From Batkoa obscura (taxonomy: Eukaryota), in contig JASVEC010000029.1 of assembly GCA_030770535.1 (NCBI GenBank), positions 682,001-712,369 on the forward strand: DNA of 30,369 bases, read 5' to 3'. The stretch's first letter is position 1, and each line of letters starts with the position of its first letter. A program made the translations under genes and the position numbers. The notes beneath the pieces are model-generated. The model worked only from the letters and a program-made list of their open reading frames with translations, ran no database searches and had not been told where the DNA came from. This document shows, piece after piece, positions 21,058 through 30,369 of this stretch.

Positions 21058-21723
21058 TTACGATTGAGCAAATAAACTTAATGCTAATGCAATAAAGTAT
21101 GGAGCACTGCTCTTACTTAAAGCTAAAGCGGAAGAGGAACTCGTTTTCTTTTGTGTGGAGCTTGATTCTGTTTCATATTCCGAAGTTGTAGTTTCACTGG
21201 TTGAAGTTTCGCTAGTTGAAGTTTCGCTAGTTGAAGTTTCGCTAGCTTTTGTTGAACTTTCTACTTTACTTGAGCTCTCACTTGAGCTAATTACTTTATA
21301 AGTGTTACTAGATGGTTCCTGAGAAACAGTTGGAGATGTCTTAGGTGGCTCTTGAGAAACAGTTGGAGATGTCTTAGGTGGCTCTTGAGAAACAGTTGGA
21401 GATGTCTTAGGTGGTTCTTGAGAAACAGTTGGAGGTGTCTTAGGTGGTTCTTGAGAAACAGTTGGAGATGTCTTAGGTGGTTCTTGAGAAACAGTTGGAG
21501 ATGTCTTAGGTGGTTCTTGTGAGACAGTTGGAGAACTATAAGTTTGGGTATTAGGTGGAATAGCAGTGTAAACTGGTGACATAGTTGTGTACACTATTTC
21601 TTTTGTAGTTGATTTCTTTTTGCAGCGTGCTTTAGATGATGAACTAATTACATATTCTGAATAAGCTGAACCTGCTAAAGCGCAAAGCACCAAAACTTTG
21701 AGTGAGAAGTCTCTAATATACAT
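21058..21723 (-). CDS. Secreted Ser/Thr/Pro-rich repeat protein, probably a GPI-anchored cell-surface glycoprotein, 221 aa
   Basis: N-terminal signal peptide (VLVLCALAGSAYS), mucin-like repeats, and a hydrophobic C-terminal tail after small residues (SSSALALSKSSAPYFIALALSLFAQS). Confidence 0.85.
   Translation of the reverse strand: MYIRDFSLKVLVLCALAGSAYSEYVISSSSKARCKKKSTTKEIVYTTMSPVYTAIPPNTQTYSSPTVSQEPPKTSPTVSQEPPKTSPTVSQEPPKTPPTVSQEPPKTSPTVSQEPPKTSPTVSQEPPKTSPTVSQEPSSNTYKVISSSESSSKVESSTKASETSTSETSTSETSTSETTTSEYETESSSTQKKTSSSSALALSKSSAPYFIALALSLFAQS
21314..21535 (-). repeat. Coding minisatellite: 33-bp unit (SPTVSQEPPKT) x ~6.7, with nearby 15-bp ETSTS repeats (~21181-21245)
   Basis: Near-perfect tandem units TGGTTCTTGAGAAACAGTTGGAGATGTCTTAGG on the + strand. 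Confidence 0.95.
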
Positions 21724-22858
21724 ATTACTTAGATAAAAGAAAAAGAAAACAAACTATATTTATTTATCACTACTAGTTTAAAGAACATTTATTTAATGGT
21801 ATCTATTAATAGAAAATTTATGTATATTACTTCAATTATTGCTAATTATTTTTAGAAGCGTCTTAAACCACCAAATTAAATCAATTGGTGAGTTTTGTAA
21901 TTAATTATTCATTTTAAAGGATACTGGTAAATATATTCATAGTAGTATGGCCATACTCCATCCAATTGGATCAAGGGATTATATTCTTATAATAGTTAAA
22001 ACTAAAATAATGAATTTGACAAAATAATATAAATAGGTGTATTAAAAGCATTAATTCTATTTTGCGAAATAACATTAAGCAAAATAGCTAAAGAAATGTA
22101 ACTACATAGATAGGTATTAAATAATATAATAAGGTATGCCTTTCATTAACAAATGTAATTAAGACTTTGACTTTTTTATATTATCGTTGATCAAATAATT
22201 AACATAAATCCGTAACTTAAGGACTATAATTACATTATGTAGTAAAATTTCTTGAACAGATAAGTTGATTTTTCAAATACTGTGAAAACTAATGATGATA
22301 TTAAGCTACGATGTATAATATAGCTTTAAATACATAGTTAAAATATACAATAATAGTATAATATAATGGTTTGTAATAGTATATAGCTAGAGTTATGAAT
22401 CAATTTCATTAAGAATAAATAATCAAACAATTTTCATTTAAATAGTATTTATAGAAAAAGCTCTATTATACTAATATTACACTCTTATATTAGGAAATGG
22501 CCTTAATATGTTTAATTAACTCAAAAGCAGTTTTAAATAAAGTTTTTAACCCAAAATACTGCTTTTAAAATGTGAATTTAACCTATATTAATGCCTTAAT
22601 ATTTGACTAGATTAATATGTTATACTTTTATCATACAGATAGCTTATATTTATAAAATACTATAATTATGTAATATACAATTCAAAAGTGCTTTGACGTA
22701 TTGACACTTGTGTTTTAAGTTAGCACAATATGGAACTTTTATTTGAAATAAAATTAAATAATGTGAACGAACTTATTAACTAATATTATAGAAAATGGAT
22801 GGTAGGAGATTAAGAATATAACAACTTTATGGGAGTAAATTAAGGTAAACTTTAAAAT

Positions 22859-23896
22859 CTAATAACTTGGTGGCTGAACAGTTCGCGATGAAGGATATCC
22901 TAAAGTTCTTGAAGAATTGCCTTCTTCATATGTAATTATTGAGCTATATGACATTTCTTGTTGGATTTGCCCAGAAGAGATAGGTTGTGGTACTTGCTCA
23001 GAATCTTTAGCTAATTCATAGCTTGGAGGAGGAGATACTAGATCATTGGTATCAAATGCATTGCTTGGGCCAATACCCCAAGCATTTCGGTTGGCCTCTT
23101 TGAAAGTGAATTTATGTTGACCAAAATTAGCTTTAACTATACAAGTACCGGTTGAACCTATAACCGGATAAAGATCAAAACAATTTTCATCTAGTAAAGA
23201 AGCAGTGAACTTAATTGACATTTCCCTTTCTCCGTTTTTGGTAAATATTAGTGTTTGATTCCTAGGAAAATAACCACATCCAATAACATCCCCCCTGTCT
23301 GTATTTAAGATCTGGATTGTAATGATCAAGTGAACCATTTACATAAAGTTGTCCATCTAAAGAGCAATATCCCACGGAATTTAAGCCATAACCTAAAACA
23401 CATTGTTATAATCTTTCAAATAAATAAATAAATAAAACTAACCTGGCATTACAGAATTAGAAAGCCTTGTTGAACCGAATCCACAACATAAATTGACATT
23501 ATTTTCAAGAGCAAAAATCTCAACTTCAAAATAAAAGGAGATAAGACTCGAAGGTAGTGGCTCCGATGTTTTTACTGAGCAGTTTACAAACCCAGGGAAT
23601 GCAAGCTCAACCGATTTACGAACAACAATTAACGCATCAGAATCTGCAACAAATTTACAATATGGTTCAAGTCGGATCCTGTTTCTTCTCCTTTCTCTCC
23701 TTGTCCTATTGGTCTCAGATAAAACAATTTCTTGCGCAGCCCTTCCTTTCGAAGCTTTATTGCGATAATAAGTTACAATAAAGAAGGTAGCAATTAAAAT
23801 AAGTATAACTGTAAAAGTAAGACTTATTCCGATTATGACTGCTTTAGCTACAAATTGGTTGTCTGTGCTATTGTCTGTATTTGATGAAGTACTCAT
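22859..23896 (-). CDS. Single-TM SPRY-domain protein with PPxY motifs (Ssh4/Ear1-like Rsp5 adaptor); exons 23896-23443 and 23392-22859; apparent +1 frameshift at 23290-23295 (~328 aa if corrected)
   Basis: TM helix AVIIGISLTFTVILILIATFFIV. SPRY motifs FYFEVEI, MPG|YGLNSVGYCSLDG, GDVIGCGY, IFTKNGE, LYPVIG and ANFGQ. PPSY occurs twice in the tail. Intron 23442-23393. Confidence 0.8.
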
Positions 23897-26147
23897 TTCA
23901 ACTTTATGTAGCACTAACAGAAGCAAAAGGTATCTAAAAAGTAAGCTTTTAAAATTTGGATTAACAATATGTGTAATGTGATAAACATACATATAGATGA
24001 AAAATTACTTTGAATGAGTTTATTATCTTAAAAAAAAATATGTGAAGGTATCTAATAATAAATTATATTGTATTAAAACATACATAGAAACAAAAAATTC
24101 AGAATAATTGATAATTTAATGCGACATACTACTTCCAACTTAGAACATTAATTGGCTTAAGATAATTCCATATGACCAGATTAATATAATATAAAGGAAT
24201 AAGATTACTGCCACATTTCAAGCTGACAAATCAAAATAATATTTAATATTTAAAACCAATTAAATTCGCTTATCGAAAAAGAGTAAAAAGTATAACCAAT
24301 TAGTGTAACTTATTCGAAGTTGTTATTTTTTTATTTAAAAAAAAGAGGGTCGAAACATAAAGCCTTGTTTTTAAATAATTTCAAGCTTATATTATGTTTG
24401 ACCATTGTTATTGTAATATACTGTCTTCTAAAACCATTTAAAGACTATATAGATCCCATAAAAACCTTATATAGCTTTCTTTTTATTTATATATAAAAGA
24501 AAATAGAATGTAATATTAATATCACAAGCTAAGTTAAGTTATTGAATCTTGCATTGTTCTGCTTTATCACTTTAACTGAACTATTTTTAGAACTATTTTT
24601 GGAACAATCAATTTTAGAAATTAGAGAAAACTAAAATGTTTAATTATTGGATTTTATAAATTTGATAGCAATAGTAAAATGTATTATAAAAAGGTAATTA
24701 AGTACTTTTTAAAAAACTTGAATATTACATTAGATATATAGTTGCTCATTATAAAATTATAGTACAATCGCTATAATAATAGTAAACTAAAAGTTGACTA
24801 ATGGAGATATTATGTCATACTAAATGTGTTTCATAATGATTAAACAACCACTACATTTAATTTATAAAACTCTGTTATCGTATTAAAAATAACTTATCAA
24901 GAATGTATTCATTATATTTTAATAAACATAGGCAAATATTCGTTTAGACTCGGAAATGAAAGCTTTTATTCAAATATCTGAGAACTTAAGTTGAAAGCAG
25001 GAATTAACTTTTTTTATACTTATTAGAAAATACTTTATATACGTGTCAATAAACATTTGATCATTAAAAGAGGTTTTTTATAACTTAATAAGTGTAAAAA
25101 AGAATTTTCAAAAGCATAACTTTTATTTTATTGGAAATCAAAGCCTTGTTCATTATATACACATTATTTTACACAATAATATAAAATAATAAATGCGGAT
25201 GTTTTTTGTTTAGCATTATCGTTAATAATATTTTTAGTTTTATGTTGTATAAAAAGTGGACAAAATATTGAAAAGAAAAAACATTGAATATATAATTTTT
25301 TAAATCTAAAAAAAAGTATATTCAATTGAGTGTTTATTTAAAATCTTTACAGCTTAAACTGAAATAAATCTATACTAATTATTTTCAATTGATTATTGTA
25401 TATCAACTAAAAGATTTTATCATATAATTATTTCGAGACTTATTCAAATATAATGATTTTATAAATAGTACCCATGGTTTTTTTGTAATAAAACTTTATA
25501 TTAAGGTTATAGTTTTTACATGATAATTTCATATTAAATTGTTATATTTGAAAAGTGAATGCTTCAATTAAGTGATGGTCAAAGATTATTCCCTTAACTT
25601 GATGATTCATATACAAATAATATATATTATAATAATAAATATCGGAGATTTGCAATGTGTCTAATTATAAATTAAACTACTATTAAAAGAAAAGATAATG
25701 ATTATACTTAATTAATCAATACTTTTAGGATATTGTTCAATTCTAGAAGAGCTTTTTTTATCAAGTTATTTTTTAAAATAATAAAAAATAAAAATACTGT
25801 TTTAAAGTAAGTTAAATTTGTTTCAGTTTTCAACTGAAAGTCTCATAATGAATGCCCTAACCTGGAAACTTTGCTTAACTACTATATCATATGAAGTTTA
25901 TAACAATATTTGTTTTTTGAACGTTCCCCAACAAAAAAGTATTTAAAGCTAACAATAAGAATAGTTAATTAAAGTTCCCATATGATTAACATAAAATCTT
26001 AACGGAAATTTGAGGAGTAATATTGATGTATAACTAAACATGAAATTTTAAATTGCTCTAACAGAAATATTAAAAAGTATAAATGGGCCATATATTCTAG
26101 CTTATCAGTTTATTAATATCCCGAATTTAATATATATACACTTTAAA

Positions 26148-26453
26148 ATGAAATTTACTTGTGCTTTATTGAGTCTTGCCTTAGCTGTATCTGCCCAAGA
26201 TGTTGGATCAAGTGTGTCATCTATTGCTTCTGACGCATCTTCCGGAGTTTCTTCTGTCGTAAGTGCATCTAAGAGCGCTGCTGTTTCCTCAGCATCTTCA
26301 GCCTTAAGTGAAGCAAAGAAAATGGATCCCGCTTCCTCTGGTTCTAGTGCTTCCTCTTCAGTTGCTAAGGCTGGTGGAGTTTCAGATGCTAAAACCGCTC
26401 TCCCTGCAGCTTTTGCTTTAGTAGCAATTGCTGGGGCTTCTCTCTATAACTAG
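26148..26453 (+). CDS. Small secreted Ser/Ala-rich protein, probably GPI-anchored, 101 aa
   Basis: Signal peptide MKFTCALLSLALAVSA-Q, Ser/Ala-rich body and hydrophobic C-terminus. GC content is clearly above the flanks, and a TATA-like TATAAA lies ~70 nt upstream. Confidence 0.85.
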   Translation: MKFTCALLSLALAVSAQDVGSSVSSIASDASSGVSSVVSASKSAAVSSASSALSEAKKMDPASSGSSASSSVAKAGGVSDAKTALPAAFALVAIAGASLYN

Positions 26454-27076
26454 ATACATTTAATAAATAGTTACATAATTAAATTTTATTTTTAAATATT
26501 AATTAAAGTTTTACTTATAAAAAAAATATTCATAGTATCAAAACTTTTATGGCTAAATAATAGTAAGAAAAGTGCTTCCTATTATTATAATGTTTAAAGT
26601 GTTTATTTTATACAATCATCAGCTTTTGACATTTACTTAAATTTCCTATTATAAATAATGAGGTTATTAAAACTATTATTATTTATAACGATTGATTAAG
26701 GGTAAAAAAACATTACTCTAAATCTAATACACGCATATATTTTCTCATACTTATTTCTTTAATTATTTGTTAACTACTATATACTGTTATTTCTATTGTT
26801 ACTAATATCATATATTTTCTTCAATTTTTTAGATATTTAATACACAATAAAATATAATCAAATAGATTAAAAAATCCAATATTATTAAACATAATGGTAT
26901 TTAAGGGATACTTTTTTGTTTAAAATAAGTTTATTCTGAAAACAAAGTAAACATATGTAATAACGATTTTGAATTTGATTGGCTAAATTATTGTGCTACA
27001 TCATCATTAAAGGTTTTTAAGGGGTAAGTTAGAAAACGGGTTTATTTACTATATAATTAATAAAATAAGAGAAATC

Positions 27077-28475
27077 ATGGTTATTGATATGAGAAACAAA
27101 AGATTGCAAGCAAGAAAAAGGTATACTATTGAAGAAAAGCTTTCTATATTGAAAGAATATCAGGAGTGTTCTACTTTTTCTAAACAGGAAGTATTGGTAA
27201 AGTACAATTTAAGATATGATTTAGTTTACCGATGGAATAAGAACAAGAACAAGTTGATCAAATATAATCAAAACAATACCACATGCACAAAGTCAGGAAG
27301 CCCTATATACCACGAGTTGGATAACAGCTTAATTAATTATTGCATGTCAAAGCGCTTTAAACTCGAATCAGTTCCTATTTCAGAATTACTCAAATATGCA
27401 GAGAAATGTAATAAATATTTTAATGAATTTAACTTGAATCAAAAACGAAATTATTTAAACAGATTTTTAAAAAGAACGATGATCAAAGCTATTAACAATA
27501 AAGAGGAAAAGGCTCAATCTAAATTTGATTTATTTTTTAAAAATATTATATCGAAAACAGAAAAAAGTGATATTATTTATATGGAATACCTCCCTATATG
27601 GTTTGAACTTCCTCAATTAACTAAAATGGATGTTATAGATAAAGATTTCAATATTAACATATTAAATGAAATAAAGTCTTTTCGTTTTGGTGCTATTTTT
27701 TGCATTTCTGGAGACGGTAGTTTACTTCCACCTTATTTAATATTCCCTTTTAGCAATGAAAAGTATACCAAGTTTAAAGTAGAAGTGGCACATGACTACA
27801 TCGAACATTCTAATTTAGGACAATGCGGGTATCAAGAAAATGCTTTAGTAGATCCTCAAAACTTTTATAATTGGATCCAAACTATTTACAGACCATACGT
27901 CTACCCTAAAAAGAAGTCACAACTACTTGTTGTTAATGAAGACCTTGAAAACATCTCAACATTCTGTAAAGCTCAAATTGATAAATATCAAACAAAGTTA
28001 ATAACCTTACGCAGTAAGTTATCTAAACAATATAATCCAATTCATAAAATAGCAAAAACATTAAAACAAAATATTACTGAAAAATGGAACAACGCAATAA
28101 AAAAGGAAATCCAATCAAAGGTTTATTCTTATCTAAAACTAAAAAGCCCAACTTTAAATTTAGGGAATGTCTCTCCTCCTTCGTTAAGTGATAATGACAA
28201 TGATTTTGATAACGACGTTACTATCTCTTACTTCAGAAATATCTTCATCAGATTCCCTGGAAACAGCAGATTTATTACATTCATTTAAGGCAACTTCCAA
28301 TTTCGATGAGGAAGAGAATATTAAGAAAACTGAAGATGATGATATATCAGAAGAATATAATCAAACTATTGATATTCAGTTATCTCCTATTGATAAGATG
28401 ATTCCCTATTATATTGTTTATGATTGGGTTATTACTTCATTTTTATCTTCTGCTAATTTTGTATCTAAAAAATAA
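27077..28475 (+). CDS. pogo/Tigger/CENP-B-like transposase-derived protein (HTH + CENP-B HTH + degenerate DDE_1); either a 49-nt intron at 28188-28236 (~449 aa) or a frameshift near there
   Basis: N-terminal RKRYTIEEKLSIL...VYRW.KNK HTH, then YHELDNSLINY...FLKR, IIYMEYLPIWFELP, CISGDGSLLPPYLIF and NWIQTIYRPY....LLVV, all matching pogo-family motif order. No terminal inverted repeats were seen in the flanks. Confidence 0.75.
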
Positions 28476-28931
28476 AAATTAGTTTAACTTTTTATTTTTA
28501 CAAAAATAATTTCATTGTTTATTCCTCAACTATGTATCTAATTCTTTTTGGTTTTATTACATTTGATATAGTTTATGTCAAGTAAAGAAACATGATAAAA
28601 TTTTTTGCTCAACAATAACTACACAGCTCATTTTATTTATTATATTATAACTTACATTCCATCCTTATCAATAACAAAACTAAACCTCAATTTAGATTAC
28701 GGATAGCCTATACAGCTGTCTATATCAACTTTTGTTATTTCTATTTAAGTTAATTTCATATTATATTGGATGGTTTGCAAAAGTCGATTAAAACCTGTTT
28801 AGCCACTTATTTGTTATCGAACTTAAATTCATGGGATTAAAAACATAAAATAGTTAGTATATAAATAAGTATTACTAACTGATATGCTTGCTAAAATATA
28901 GGAGTTGTTTACTTATCTAGTATATTTTATT

Positions 28932-30104
28932 TTAAACAAGAGTATTAAAGGAATCAGTTATAGCTAATTGTGCTCGAGTAATGTTAGATAAATATACTAC
29001 CATTAAAAGATCCTAAAAGATAATAAGATTAAATTGTTATGATTATTAAATAACATTAATTACTTGAACATGGGAAGAGAACATTTTATCAAAGTGCTCT
29101 ATATCAATTTTAGGTACCATAGCAATCGTATCCATCAAATAGCGTCCAATGGCTGCATTAGAAGGAGTATTGCCATCCTATTATTAATTTAAGATGAGTA
29201 TTAATCTAATCTACAATAGTATAACTTACAATGACTGATTGTACATATGTTATAACTCTTTCAAGCATAGATTGTAATTGTCGAATAGAACGAACAAGGT
29301 TATCAGTATCCGATAATAATGGGTGCTTTCCATTATCTTTTGCTAACGAAAGCATGTCAACTAATATAATTAAATAAGTTATCTAATATTATATTAATTA
29401 AACTTGAATTACGTGCTGATCTTTCAGTTTTTTGTAAAAGTATTTCACAAGGTAATGGTTGAAAAATACAGCTTTCTACTTTTTCGACTATACCAACTGG
29501 CTTGCTAATAAATGTTTTGGTACCTAAGTTGTCTCCTTTGAGAGAAGTATCCATTACTAAATGTATTGCACCAAATGGCTCAGCTTCTGAATTATAAAAA
29601 TCTTGAATAAGAGCAGAGTATGTATTCAAATTAGATCCAGTTGCATACCTAAATAAAATTAAAACATTTTATTATATTTGTATGTATTTGATTTACCATC
29701 CAACTATAACTTCATTTTTGTTTACTTTTTGATGAAGTTCATACATTGCTCTGTGGTGTTCCATATCTACTGCCACCTTTACTTAACTTTAGTTTTACGA
29801 TTTTAATTTAATGTTTAATAGTTACTTGTTCTTCAGATTCTGAATGAGGTACTGGGAAGCATGAACGTACTTCTATAGTAGTAGCATCATCGCTTCTAAC
29901 ACCAAGTAAAGTTCCAATAACATTATCTTGACCTTCTTGACGGCGCAAATAATTATCAAGGATAGAAAACAATACTACGGGATGTACTTTTACATTTAAT
30001 GTTGGTGGTAATGTGATGTTGCTTCTTCCATTAATGTTAGCACTTAATCCAGAATATAGACCTCCAAGATCCAAATTGAGGATCTGATTTTTATTGAATG
30101 ACAT
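28932..30104 (-). CDS. eIF3f: Eukaryotic translation initiation factor 3 subunit F (MPN/JAB domain); 6 exons (30104-29826, 29776-29697, 29648-29413, 29360-29230, 29177-29064, 29012-28932), 306 aa
   Basis: VKVHPVVLFSILDNYLRR...VIGTLLG...EVRSCFPVPHSE..EQVAVDME...EVIVGWYATG...AIGRYL...QDLLMVVYLSNITRAQ. All introns are GT-AG and the frame is intact. Confidence 0.93.
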
Positions 30105-30369
30105 TTTAATTAAAAATATTATTAATATTTAAAAATAAATAAAGTTAAATTTTGGAATATTATGGGATCAAGTTACTTGATTTGCTTATCCCTTTAAATG
30201 GATTGCTAATTTTACTAAAATTCTAGAATATTTAAAGTTTGCGTTCAAATGAATTTATGCAAATTTATAAACAGTGGATTTGCTTTTCCATTAAAGAATT
30301 AGGTTGCAGGTTGCGATCGTCTTGTTTTTTTTGAGCAAAAGAAGTGAACAAATTATTAAAAGCAAAAAT

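Noticed and set aside
21314..21535. 33-bp repeats as a CRISPR array
   Set aside because: No spacers; this is an in-frame coding minisatellite in a eukaryotic gene.
23897..23992. Upstream extension of the SPRY gene to the ATG at 23992
   Set aside because: Reads like AT-rich leader sequence. The ATG at 23896 has the AAA-ATG context seen for several other genes here.
27077..28475. The pogo-like ORF as the autonomous partner of the MITE family
   Set aside because: No MITE-type TIRs flank it and its catalytic residues appear substituted.

Overview
Very AT-rich eukaryotic (fungal) genomic DNA. The short GT-AG introns (mostly 43-56 nt) and the gene set suggest an early-diverging fungus, possibly Zoopagomycota/Entomophthoromycotina; this is inference only. 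I reconstructed exon structures by hand for 14 protein-coding loci: a partial unknown gene, COX24/mS38-like, a PH-domain protein, a GSKIP/DUF727 protein, Set9/KMT5 (H4K20 methyltransferase) with a PWWP-like extension, a C1 + Pex24p/dysferlin-domain peroxin, an Nsp1/Nup62-like FG nucleoporin, a Sel1-repeat Nif1/Dsf2-like protein, a Gti1/Pac2 (WOPR) protein missed by the ORF track, two probable GPI-anchored surface proteins, an Ssh4/Ear1-like SPRY protein with a frameshift, a pogo/CENP-B-like transposase derivative with altered catalytic residues, and eIF3f. Non-coding features include a ~100-bp TA-flanked MITE family (4 full copies plus 1 rearranged copy), a (TAAAAA)n microsatellite and a candidate structured RNA at ~424-640. 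The most interesting items are the Set9-PWWP writer-reader fusion, the C1-Pex29/30 fusion, the MITE family and the probable domesticated transposase. No rRNA, tRNA or CRISPR array was found.
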